A stretch of 64,000 nucleotides of DNA, taken from contig JBBRFD010000004.1 in NCBI GenBank assembly GCA_038224985.1, positions 3,689 to 67,688 on the forward strand, in the 5' to 3' direction. Below the pieces are notes generated by a model. That model was not told the DNA's origin. It worked only from the letters and a program-made list of their open reading frames with translations, and made no database searches. The translations under genes were made by a program, and so were the position numbers. This DNA is from Reyranellales bacterium. Its GTDB lineage: Bacteria > Pseudomonadota > Alphaproteobacteria > Reyranellales > Reyranellaceae. Of this stretch, positions 26,969-36,195 are shown one piece after another. Position 1 is the stretch's first letter. Every line of letters starts with the position of its first letter.

Positions 26969-27815
26969 CGCCCAGCTCGCTCAACTTCTTATCGATCGCC
27001 AGCATGTCGAGCCAGCTCTGCCGCTTGCTGGCGGGTGTGCGCAGCAGATAGGCGGGATGGAAGGTCGGCATGGTCGGGATTTCCGTGCCGTCGGCCAGGC
27101 GATAGTTGGTCCACTTGCCGCGCAACCGCATGATGCCTTCGGTGGTGTCGAGTACCGATTTGGCCGAGACGCCGCCCGCCAACACAAGCAGCTTCGGCCG
27201 CACCAGTTCGATATGGCGGCGCGTGAAGGCGAGGCACATGGCCTGCTCGGCCAGGGTCGGCGTGCGATTTCCCGGTGGTCGCCAGAAAAGAATATTGGTG
27301 ATGTAGAAGCCGCCGGCGCGGTGGAGGCCGATGGCGCCCATCATGCGGTCCATCAACTGGCCGCTGACGCCAACGAAGGGCTTGCCCAGCCGATCTTCGT
27401 CGGCGCCGGGTGCTTCGCCCACGATCATCACCGGCGAGTTGGGCAGGCCGTCGGCGAAGACGGTGTTCTTGGCGGTGCGCTTCAAAGTGCAGCCTTCGAA
27501 GGCGCGCACGGCGGCTTCGAGTTCCTCGATGGTACTGGCGTTGGCGGCGAGGATGCGGGCATCGTCGACCACCTGTGGCGACTCGAGTGGTACCGGTGCA
27601 CGCGGTGGCGGCGCGGCGGGCGCAGGCGCGGCGGCGCGGATGGGCGTCGGTGCTGCCGTAGGGGCCGCTATCGGCGCGGTGGCGGGAGCAGGCGCCGGTA
27701 CAGGTGCTGAAAATCGGTCCATCGCCTCCTCGCCGATGGTCTCGTCGACGCCCTGGTCAACGTACCATTTCAGCAGCGCGGCGATCTCTTCGCGCGAGGG
27801 GGCGGCCTCGTTCAT
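26952..27815 (-). CDS. Uracil-DNA glycosylase, family 4
   Basis: VGEAPG, PFVG.SGQL, WRPPGNRTP, FHPAYLLR. Confidence 0.92.
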   Translation of the reverse strand: MNEAAPSREEIAALLKWYVDQGVDETIGEEAMDRFSAPVPAPAPATAPIAAPTAAPTPIRAAAPAPAAPPPRAPVPLESPQVVDDARILAANASTIEELEAAVRAFEGCTLKRTAKNTVFADGLPNSPVMIVGEAPGADEDRLGKPFVGVSGQLMDRMMGAIGLHRAGGFYITNILFWRPPGNRTPTLAEQAMCLAFTRRHIELVRPKLLVLAGGVSAKSVLDTTEGIMRLRGKWTNYRLADGTEIPTMPTFHPAYLLRTPASKRQSWLDMLAIDKKLSELGVKASS

Positions 27816-28840
27816 CCCAGTCGCTTCAGGAAGGCACCGAGGATCGGGGCCCACATCGCGGCATCCGCATGGCTTGCCATGTGTCCCTTGTCCGACGGCA
27901 TCTCGACATAAGTGATATCGACCCCGGCCTTGCGCATGTCGAGCGCATAGGTAGCGCAGGCGGTGAGATCGAATAGCTTGTCGGTCTTGGAGATGACGTA
28001 AAGCACCTTGGTCTGCTTCAGCCGGTCGTACTGGTGCGTGATGTCGAAGCCGTCGATCGCCCGGCGCAGCGTGACCAGCGAATGGCCGTCATAGATCTTC
28101 GCCCAGCTCTTCGCGGCTATCTTGGCTTCGGCTTCGGCCTGGCCGTAGTTCAGCAGCGTATCGTAGCGGATCTCTTCGAGCGTGGCTGCGATGCCGCCAT
28201 TCTCGTAGTACCAGCCGCCGTTCCAGTGCGGATCGCCGGCGAGGCGCTTCTGCAGCTGCTCGAGCCCGCCACCCCGCGCCGGCGCGCGCGGCGAGGTGAC
28301 CGAAGCCGCGATGCCTTTCATGAACCCGGGATGGGACGCGGCCCATTGGAACGACTGGAAGCCGCCCATCGAGGGGCCGATCACCGCCACGAGGCTCTTG
28401 AGCCCGAGCGAATCGACCAGCAGCTTCTGGCTGGCGACCATGTCGCGCAGCGTGATTTCGGGGAAGGTCGGGCCGTAGGGCTTGCCCGTGCGCGGGTCGG
28501 TCCGGTTGGCGCCGCTGCTGCCATGCGCGGAGCCCAGGGCATTCACCGAGACCACGAAGTATTTGTCGGTATCGACCGCCTTGCCTGGGCCGATCAGGCC
28601 ATCGAACCAGCCTGCCGAGTCCTCCGGTACACCCAAGCCCTGCTTGCCCTTGGCGTTGCGGCCTGCGGCATGATGGCTGGAGGTATAGCCGTGCACCATC
28701 AGGATGGCGTTGTCGCCGGCTGGGGTCGGGCTGCCGTAAGTCTCGTAAGCCAGTTCCAGCACTGGCAGGATCTGGCCACTTTCGAGGCGAAAATCACGGG
28801 CCGTGAAGAGTTTGCTCTCGATATCGTTGAGTTCGGCCAC
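27812..28840 (-). CDS. Homoserine O-acetyltransferase (MetX)-family alpha/beta hydrolase
   Basis: FRLESG, YETYG, LIGPGKAVDTDKYFVVS.NALGS, GPSMGG, C-terminal GH; GTG start at 28840 inferred from SD. Confidence 0.75.
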   Translation of the reverse strand: MAELNDIESKLFTARDFRLESGQILPVLELAYETYGSPTPAGDNAILMVHGYTSSHHAAGRNAKGKQGLGVPEDSAGWFDGLIGPGKAVDTDKYFVVSVNALGSAHGSSGANRTDPRTGKPYGPTFPEITLRDMVASQKLLVDSLGLKSLVAVIGPSMGGFQSFQWAASHPGFMKGIAASVTSPRAPARGGGLEQLQKRLAGDPHWNGGWYYENGGIAATLEEIRYDTLLNYGQAEAEAKIAAKSWAKIYDGHSLVTLRRAIDGFDITHQYDRLKQTKVLYVISKTDKLFDLTACATYALDMRKAGVDITYVEMPSDKGHMASHADAAMWAPILGAFLKRLG

Positions 28841-28957
28841 GGGAATTCCCCTTTCAGCGGGTGGCGATTTTACCCCCGACAGGCTATCTAATTTGTCAGG
28901 ATCGCTGCCGTTGGGCGGCGCGTCCATCGGGAAAAGCTACTGCAGGGCGAGACGGGC

Positions 28958-30613
28958 ATGGCGCGCGAGGCGATGGAATACGATGTGGTGATCGTTGGTG
29001 GCGGCCCGGCCGGGCTGTCGGCGGCGATCCGGCTGAAGCAGCTCGCGGCCGAGCGCAATCACGAGGTTTCCGTCTGCGTGCTTGAGAAGGGCTCGGAAAT
29101 CGGTGCCCATATCCTGTCCGGCGCCGTGGTCGATCCGATCGGTCTCAACGAGCTGATCCCCGACTGGAAGGAAAAGGGCGCGCCGCTCGAAACCCAGGTC
29201 ACTGACGATCGCTTTCTGTGGCTGACCAAGACCGGCTCCTTCCGCTTCCCCAATTTCACGATGCCGCGATTGATGAACAATCATGGCAATTACATTGTCA
29301 GCCTGGGCAATGTCTGCCGCTGGCTCGGTCAGCAGGCCGAGGCGCTGGGCGTCGAGATCTATCCGGGCTTTGCCGCCGCCGAGGTTCTCTACAACGAGGA
29401 CGGCGCGGTGACCGGCGTCGCCACGGGCGACATGGGCGTCGCCAAGGATGGCACGCATAAGGACAGTTACACCGAGGGCATGGAGCTGCATGCCAAGTAC
29501 ACGCTGATCGCCGAGGGTGTGCGCGGGTCGCTCGCCAAGCAGCTCATGACGAAGTTCGACCTGCGCGCCGGCGTCGATCCGCAGAAGTTCGGCCTCGGCC
29601 TCAAGGAGCTGTGGCAGGTGGATCCAGCCAAGTTCCAGAAGGGCCTGGTCGTTCATTCGCAGGGCTGGCCGCTCACCGAGACCGGTAGCGCCGGCGGCTC
29701 GTTCATGTATCACTTCGACGACAATCTCGTGTCGATCGGCTTCGTGGTGCATCTCAACTACGAGAATCCCTATCTCTCGCCCTTCGACGAGTTCCAGCGC
29801 TTCAAGACGCATCCCGAGGTCGCCAAATACCTGATGGGTGGCAAGCGCCTGGCCTATGGCGCGCGCGCCATCAACGAAGGCGGGTTGCAGTCGATTCCCA
29901 AACTGACCTTCCCCGGGGGCGCGCTGATCGGCTGCTCCGCCGGCTTCGTCAACGTGCCGCGCATCAAGGGCAGCCATAATGCCATCAAGAGCGGGATGCT
30001 GGCTGCCGAATCGGCCTTCGAGGCGCTGGCCGCCGGCAAGGAAGGCCGCGACGAACTCACCAGCTACGGCGACAACCTCAGGAAGTCGTGGATCTGGAAG
30101 GATCTCGACAAGGTTCGCAACGTCAAGCCGGCGCTGCGCTGGGGTACGATCCTGGGCACGATCTACGGCGGCTTCGACATGTGGATGCACGATCTCGGCA
30201 TTCGCCTGCCGTGGACGCTGCACCACAAGAAGGCCGATTTCGAGACCCTGCGTCCGGCGAGCGAGTTCACGCCGATCCAGTATCCCAAGCCCGATGGAGT
30301 GCTGAGCTTCGACAAGCTCTCGTCGGTGTTCCTGTCGAGCACCAACCATGAGGAGGACCAGCCGGTTCACCTCAAGTTGAAGGATCCCTCGATCCCGATC
30401 GCGGTCAACTTGCCGCTCTACGCCGAGCCGGCGCAGCGTTACTGTCCGGCGGGCGTTTATGAGGTGGTGACGGCCGACAACGGCCAGCCGCGCTTCCAGA
30501 TCAATGCGCAGAATTGCGTTCATTGCAAAACCTGCGACATCAAGGATCCGGCGCAGAATATCGACTGGGCCGTCCCCGAGGGTGGCGGCGGACCAAATTA
30601 CCCGAACATGTGA
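28958..30613 (+). CDS. Electron transfer flavoprotein-ubiquinone oxidoreductase
   Basis: [37 protein letters not shown]-terminal YCPAGVYE / [13 protein letters not shown]. Confidence 0.96.
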   Translation: MAREAMEYDVVIVGGGPAGLSAAIRLKQLAAERNHEVSVCVLEKGSEIGAHILSGAVVDPIGLNELIPDWKEKGAPLETQVTDDRFLWLTKTGSFRFPNFTMPRLMNNHGNYIVSLGNVCRWLGQQAEALGVEIYPGFAAAEVLYNEDGAVTGVATGDMGVAKDGTHKDSYTEGMELHAKYTLIAEGVRGSLAKQLMTKFDLRAGVDPQKFGLGLKELWQVDPAKFQKGLVVHSQGWPLTETGSAGGSFMYHFDDNLVSIGFVVHLNYENPYLSPFDEFQRFKTHPEVAKYLMGGKRLAYGARAINEGGLQSIPKLTFPGGALIGCSAGFVNVPRIKGSHNAIKSGMLAAESAFEALAAGKEGRDELTSYGDNLRKSWIWKDLDKVRNVKPALRWGTILGTIYGGFDMWMHDLGIRLPWTLHHKKADFETLRPASEFTPIQYPKPDGVLSFDKLSSVFLSSTNHEEDQPVHLKLKDPSIPIAVNLPLYAEPAQRYCPAGVYEVVTADNGQPRFQINAQNCVHCKTCDIKDPAQNIDWAVPEGGGGPNYPNM

Positions 30614-32385
30614 TGGGCCAATTGATGGGCGTTCGTACAATTTCCGCGGTTCTTCTTGGAGCCGCCCTTCTCGGCGCGGCGCCGCTCGTCATCGCCAGCT
30701 TGCCGAAGGAGGCCGGGGCGCAGGCGCCGCGACGCGGGCAAGCCTCGCAGATCTCGCTGAGCGGCCGCTATCTCGCCGCGCGTGTGGCCGAGCAGGACCA
30801 CGACTACGACACCGCTGCAGAGCAATTCAACCTTGCGCTGGCCCAGATGCCGGGCGACGTCGAGTTGCAATATGCGGCCTTCCGCCTGCGCATGTATGCC
30901 GGGCGTCTCGAGGCCGCCGCCCAGCTCGCACCGCAGGTCCTGGTGCAGAAGCCGGGCGATGGTTTCGCCAACCTCGTGGTGGCGATGCAGCAGGTCAAGA
31001 AGGGCGACTACAAGGCCGCCGAGCAGCAGCTCGGGCGCATCGGCGCCGAGAACCAGCTCGGGCCGCTCAAGGATTACGTCTTCGCCTGGCTGAAAGCGGG
31101 GCAGAAGGACTTTCCGGCCGCGCGCGCCTTTCTCGCCAAGCTGAAGCCCGCCGCCGGCGAGCGCGCCGAGGCGCCGTCGCTGGTGATCGAGGCACAGATC
31201 GACGAGATGGCGGGCGATCGCGCCGCCGCCGAGGCCAAGTATCGCCGCGCGTTGGAGCTCGACCGTTCAGGCCTGCGCACGACCATGTCGGTGGCCGAAG
31301 GGCTGCGCCGTCTCGGCAAAGTCGACGATGCGCGCACCATCCTCAAGACCTATGGCGAGAAGTACAGCGACTCGGTCGTGATGGACGGCGTGGTGGCCGC
31401 CGCCACCACGCCCAAGCCGGTGTCGCCCGCTGCCGGCATCTCGGAAATCCTGTTCGATATAGGCGGCATCCTGGGCTCCGATGCGCGCAACCAGCGTGCC
31501 GACCTGGCGCTGATTTTCCAGCTGCTCGCCACCGACCTGAAGCCCGATCACGATTTCTCCTGGCTGATGATCTCGGGGCTCTACGAGCAGTTCCAGATGC
31601 CGCAGAAAGCGGTGGCGGCATTGACCAGGATCGGCCCGACCTCGCCGCTGTCGTGGCAGGCGCGTTTGCGGACCGCCGCGCTCGACGCGCAGGAGGACCG
31701 CCTCGAATCGGCCATCACCCGCCTGCGTGCGCTGATCGCCGAGAAGCCCGAGCGCATCGACGCGGCACTGACTTTGGCCGACCTGCTGCGTGGCAAGGAG
31801 CGTTGGGCCGACGCGGTGGCTGCCTACAACACCGCCGTCTCGCGCCTCAAGGCGCCGGAGGAGCGCCACTGGTCGATCTATTTCGGCCGCGGCATCGTCC
31901 TCGAGCGCACCAAGAAATGGTCCGAGGCCGAGGCCGACATGAAGCGGGCGCTCGAGTTCTCGCCCGAGCAGCCCTATGTGCTCAACTATCTCGGCTATAG
32001 CTGGATCGACCAGGGTCTCAATCTCGACGAAGGCATGAAAATGCTGACGCGGGCCACCGAGCTGCGCCCCGACGACGGCGCCATCTCCGACAGCGTCGGC
32101 TGGGCCCATTACCGTCTCGGCCAGTTCGACACCGCCGTCGAATGGCTGGAGCGCGCGAGCGAGCAGAAGGGCGACGACGCTACCGTCGTCGAGCATCTGG
32201 GCGACGCCTACTGGCATGTCGGCCGCCACCGCGAGGCCCGCTTCCAGTGGGAGCGGGCGCTGCACCAGAAGCCCGACAAGGACCGCGTGCCGGTGATCAA
32301 AGACAAGCTCGGCAACGGCCTCAACCCGGGCAACGATAAGCCGACCGTCTACGAAAAAGCCGCCGACAAGAAACAGGGCGGCTGA
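30613..32385 (+). CDS. Periplasmic tetratricopeptide-repeat protein
   Basis: Signal-like N-terminus, SGRYLAAR, LNYLGYSW, DSVGWAHYRLG, EHLGDAYW..GR.REARFQW; typical position upstream of ispE; start may be 30625. Confidence 0.88.
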   Translation: MGQLMGVRTISAVLLGAALLGAAPLVIASLPKEAGAQAPRRGQASQISLSGRYLAARVAEQDHDYDTAAEQFNLALAQMPGDVELQYAAFRLRMYAGRLEAAAQLAPQVLVQKPGDGFANLVVAMQQVKKGDYKAAEQQLGRIGAENQLGPLKDYVFAWLKAGQKDFPAARAFLAKLKPAAGERAEAPSLVIEAQIDEMAGDRAAAEAKYRRALELDRSGLRTTMSVAEGLRRLGKVDDARTILKTYGEKYSDSVVMDGVVAAATTPKPVSPAAGISEILFDIGGILGSDARNQRADLALIFQLLATDLKPDHDFSWLMISGLYEQFQMPQKAVAALTRIGPTSPLSWQARLRTAALDAQEDRLESAITRLRALIAEKPERIDAALTLADLLRGKERWADAVAAYNTAVSRLKAPEERHWSIYFGRGIVLERTKKWSEAEADMKRALEFSPEQPYVLNYLGYSWIDQGLNLDEGMKMLTRATELRPDDGAISDSVGWAHYRLGQFDTAVEWLERASEQKGDDATVVEHLGDAYWHVGRHREARFQWERALHQKPDKDRVPVIKDKLGNGLNPGNDKPTVYEKAADKKQGG

Positions 32386-32393
32386 GTAGCGGC

Positions 32394-33242
32394 GTGAATG
32401 CCGTCACGCGGGCTGCTCCCGCCAAGGTCAATCTCTGGCTGAACGTGGTCGGCCGCCGTGCCGACGGCTACCACCTGCTCGATTCGCTGATCGCCTTCGC
32501 CGACCTCGCCGACCGCATCGAAGCCCTGCCGTCCGACCGCCTGTCGCTCACCGTCGAAGGTCCGCAAGCCGGCACGCTGGCCGCCGAATCCGACAACCTC
32601 GTGCTACGCGCCGCGCGCCATCTCGCCGACCGTGCCGGTGTCTCGCCACGTGTGGCGCTCCGGCTCGAAAAGAACATTCCCATCGCCGCCGGCCTGGGAG
32701 GTGGATCGGCCGATGCGGCAGCGACGCTTCAGGCGCTCGGCGAGCTATGGAATGTGGCACTGCCGGTCGAGGAGCTGTTCGACCTCGCCCAGCGACTGGG
32801 CGCCGACGTGCCAATGTGCTTGGCTGGCCGGGCGTCGCTGGTCTCCGGCATCGGCGAGCGGCTGACGCCGGTGCCGCCCTTGCCCGACTGCGCGCTGCTG
32901 CTGGTCAATGCCGGCGTCCGGCTGCCCACGGCCGAGGTCTTCGCTGCGCGCCGCCGTGGCTTCTCGATGGCCAAGCCGCTCGACAGCGCCTGGCGCGATC
33001 TCGCCGATTTCACCGAGGCAATGGCTGCGCGTGGCAACGACCTCGCCGATGCCGCAATCTCGCAGGAGCCGGTCGTGGCCGAGGTGCTGGCGGCCTTGCG
33101 GGCAGGCGACGGCGTACGTTACGCCGCGATGAGCGGCAGCGGCGCCACCTGTTTTGCGATCTGCGACGATGCGGCGCGCGCCCTGCGCGCCTCGGAATCT
33201 CTGCCCGCCTCCTGGTGGCGGCATATCGGCCGCTTCCTCTAG
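32394..33242 (+). CDS. ispE: 4-diphosphocytidyl-2-C-methyl-D-erythritol kinase
   Basis: APAKVNL, DGYHLLDSL, KNIPIAAGLGGGSADAAA, LGADVP, MSGSGATCF. Confidence 0.95.
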   Translation: MNAVTRAAPAKVNLWLNVVGRRADGYHLLDSLIAFADLADRIEALPSDRLSLTVEGPQAGTLAAESDNLVLRAARHLADRAGVSPRVALRLEKNIPIAAGLGGGSADAAATLQALGELWNVALPVEELFDLAQRLGADVPMCLAGRASLVSGIGERLTPVPPLPDCALLLVNAGVRLPTAEVFAARRRGFSMAKPLDSAWRDLADFTEAMAARGNDLADAAISQEPVVAEVLAALRAGDGVRYAAMSGSGATCFAICDDAARALRASESLPASWWRHIGRFL

Positions 33243-35035
33243 CGCTTCATCAGCGCGCGCATTTCCTTCAGCGAGTCGAACAGCGCCTTGCCGGGCTCGC
33301 CGCTTTCCTTCAGCCCGCTGGCGCGCTCGTATTCACGGATCGCCGACTTGGTTGCCGAGCCGGCCTGGCCATCGGCCTTGCCGCTGTAGAAGTTCAACTC
33401 GCGCAGCAAGCCCTGCACAGCCTTGATCTGGTCGGCTGTGGTAGGGGGCCAGGCATCGGGATCGGGCTTGGGCGGCGGCGGCTTGGGCGTCGACTTGGCG
33501 ATATCGGCCGACGTCGGCGGCGGCGGTGGGGGCGGCGCCATGCCGATGTTGATTTGCGGTTCGGGCACCGGTGGCGCGGGCTTGGTTTCCACGACTTTTG
33601 GCGGCTCGGGCTTGGGCGAATCGATGCCCGCCGGTGCCGGTGCGGGCTTGGGCGGCTCGACCTTGGTTTCCGCTTTCGGCGGCTCTGGCTTTGCTTCCGG
33701 TTTGGTCTCGGCTTTGTTCTCGGTTTTCTCAGGCTCGGCTTTGGCGATTTGCGGCGGCGCGGGCAGGGGCGAGTTCGCCACGGTGTCGCGGCGCGACAGC
33801 ATCTCCTTCAGCGCACCATAGATTTCCTTGGTGGGCTCGCCGGTCTCGCGCATCGACATGCTGCGCTGGAACTGGCGGATCGCCGCGCGCGTATTGGGGC
33901 CCATGGCGCCATCGGGCTTGTCGCGCACCAGCTTGAGGTCGAACAGCGCCTGCTGGATGGCGCGCACCTGATCGCCGCTGTTGGTGGCCGGCCAACCCGG
34001 CGCATCGGGCGGCGGCGCGGCCGGGACGGCGGCTTGCGGCGGCGATGGCTCCGATTTGAGCTGCGGGGCCACGCTGAGCGAGAGCGCATCGACGATCACC
34101 TTGAACTCGTTCTGGCCCAGCACGCGCGCCTTTTCGAGTTCGGCCGGCGTGAGCGTGCGTTGCAGGGCTTGCGCGCGTTGAGTCGAGGTCTTGATCAGCG
34201 GCGTTTCGGCGCCCTTGCTGGCCTGCCGCTCGAATTCCGCGGTGATGGCGAACCAGGCGAGCGCCAAAGCGAGATCCTTGGTGCCGGAATCGCCACGCTC
34301 GTAGATATCGCCCAGCGTGAACATCGAGGCCGACATGCCCTGCTTGGCGGCGGCCCGCAGCAGCACGATCGCCTCGGCGACGTTGCGCGCCGAGCCCTTG
34401 CCGTCGCGCAACAGCAGCGCCAGATTGTGCCGTGCCATCGCAACATTGGCCTCGGCGGCCTTGCGGTACCATTCGGCGGCGCGCGTCGAATCGCGCTCGA
34501 CGACGAAACCGCGCTCGTACATCACACCGACGTTGAAGGCCGATTGCGGCGAGCCAACCTGGGCTGCGCGCACCAGCCAGCCGGCGCCGCCCTGCTGGTC
34601 CTTGGGCACGCCGATACCCTGGATAAGGCGGCGCGCCATCTCTTCCATGGCGAGAATCTCATTGGCTTCGGCACGGCTCTTCAATTCGTCCTGCGCCACC
34701 GTCGCCCAATCCGTCGGCATCGCCGCCGGGATGGCGGCCTTTGCCGGCTCAGTCTTCGGCGCCTCGACCGTCGGCGCACTCTTGGTGACTTCAGCTGCCG
34801 ACAACGGCGGCGGCTCTTCAGCCGCGGGGACGATCACGGCAACTTGCGTCGCCGCCGGTTCGGTCGGAGCAGGTGCGGGCACCGCAACTTGCGGCTTGGA
34901 GAACGAGCCGTCGGCGAACCAGGCAGTGAAGCCGATAGCAGCCAGCAGAATGGCGATGCCCGCGACGGCCAACCCGCGACGACCTCGGGCCGCGGGTGTG
35001 GCGGCGAGGTGCTTGGGCCAGTTCAGCTCTTTCAT
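33239..35035 (-). CDS. Membrane-anchored Sel1-repeat protein with two peptidoglycan-binding domains
   Basis: TM near N-terminus; four Sel1-like repeats (e.g. FNVGVMYERG...AAEWYRKAAE); two VxxxQxxL...DGxxGxxTxxAIxxF/Y PG-binding motifs; Pro-rich linker. Confidence 0.8.
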   Translation of the reverse strand: MKELNWPKHLAATPAARGRRGLAVAGIAILLAAIGFTAWFADGSFSKPQVAVPAPAPTEPAATQVAVIVPAAEEPPPLSAAEVTKSAPTVEAPKTEPAKAAIPAAMPTDWATVAQDELKSRAEANEILAMEEMARRLIQGIGVPKDQQGGAGWLVRAAQVGSPQSAFNVGVMYERGFVVERDSTRAAEWYRKAAEANVAMARHNLALLLRDGKGSARNVAEAIVLLRAAAKQGMSASMFTLGDIYERGDSGTKDLALALAWFAITAEFERQASKGAETPLIKTSTQRAQALQRTLTPAELEKARVLGQNEFKVIVDALSLSVAPQLKSEPSPPQAAVPAAPPPDAPGWPATNSGDQVRAIQQALFDLKLVRDKPDGAMGPNTRAAIRQFQRSMSMRETGEPTKEIYGALKEMLSRRDTVANSPLPAPPQIAKAEPEKTENKAETKPEAKPEPPKAETKVEPPKPAPAPAGIDSPKPEPPKVVETKPAPPVPEPQINIGMAPPPPPPPTSADIAKSTPKPPPPKPDPDAWPPTTADQIKAVQGLLRELNFYSGKADGQAGSATKSAIREYERASGLKESGEPGKALFDSLKEMRALMKR

Positions 35036-36042
35036 GTCCGGACCATAGCCGAGCGATAAAGAACGACCAACAAGGCGGCGAGCAGCAGAACGGCGCCGGC
35101 CTGATGCGCCGTCGCGAGTACAATATCGACGCCGCTCAGGATGGTTGCGATGCCGAGGCTCAATTGCACGAGGGCCATGCCAGCCGCGGCCCAGGCCTCG
35201 GGACGTCGTGCGCGGATCGGCAAGGCGAGTACGCCCAGCACCAGAATCGTGGCAAGCCAGCGATGAATGAACTGGATCGTCGCGCCGTTCTCGAAAGGAT
35301 TGATCCACCACGGCGAGAGGTCGAACAGTCCGGGTGGAATCCAATAGCCCGACATGGTGGGGAAGGTGCTGTGCGCGGTGCCGGCGCGCAGGCCCGCCAT
35401 GAACGCGCCCCAGGTCATGACGATGACCAGAAGGCCGATCAGCGAGGCCGACTTTCGCCGCGTCCTGGGATCGTCGTGTTGCGATCCCTGCGGGCCCAGC
35501 GTCAGGATCAGCCAGAGCGTACAGGCGTAGAGCGCTACCGCGAGCATGAGATGGGCGGCGAGACGGTAGTGGCTGACAGACGGCCGGTCGACCAGGCCCG
35601 AAGCGACCATGGCCCAGCCGAGGGCGCCTTGCAGTCCGCCCAGCAGAAGGAGCGCGATCAGACGGGGCTTGAGCTTCGGCGTGAGATATCCGCGGAACCA
35701 GAACCAGGCGAGCGGAAGGGCGAAGGCGATGCCGATCAACCGGCCCCACAGGCGATGCAAATACTCCAGCCAAAAGATCTGCCGGAATTCCTCGACGTTG
35801 AAACCACGATTGATCAAGCGGCCCTGCGGCGACGACAGATATTTCTGCAGCTCGGCCTGCCAGGCGGCGTCACCGATCGGCGGCAGCCAGCCCGTCACCG
35901 GCTTCCATTCGACCATCGACAGGCCCGATTCGGTCAAGCGTGTGAGCGCGCCGAGCACGATCATGAAAAATATCATGGCAGCAACGGCGATCAGCCAGTT
36001 GCGCACGACGGCGGGCACGGGTTGCATGAGCATGGTTTGCAT
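35032..36042 (-). CDS. ctaA: Heme A synthase (COX15/CtaA, type 2)
   Basis: LTRLTESGLSMVEWKP, FWLEYLHRLWGR, QGALGWAMVASGL, VSHYRLAAHL, QFIHRW, HQAGA; exact start Met uncertain. Confidence 0.93.
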   Translation of the reverse strand: MQTMLMQPVPAVVRNWLIAVAAMIFFMIVLGALTRLTESGLSMVEWKPVTGWLPPIGDAAWQAELQKYLSSPQGRLINRGFNVEEFRQIFWLEYLHRLWGRLIGIAFALPLAWFWFRGYLTPKLKPRLIALLLLGGLQGALGWAMVASGLVDRPSVSHYRLAAHLMLAVALYACTLWLILTLGPQGSQHDDPRTRRKSASLIGLLVIVMTWGAFMAGLRAGTAHSTFPTMSGYWIPPGLFDLSPWWINPFENGATIQFIHRWLATILVLGVLALPIRARRPEAWAAAGMALVQLSLGIATILSGVDIVLATAHQAGAVLLLAALLVVLYRSAMVRT

Positions 36043-36195
36043 GGGTACGGCTTGGGCGGCGAACGATGCGCGAAGGAGGGCTCTACGTCATTATGAAAGA
36101 ATGTCGCGAATCTGCACGGCTTGCGCCGAAACGCCGTCCCGGCTAATCGGTTCGTATACGAACAATTACCCCTCGTTTCTTGCGGATAATCGGCA

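Noticed and set aside
32747-35059. 770 aa plus-strand ORF
   Set aside because: Shadow of ispE and the Sel1 gene; no coherent domain.
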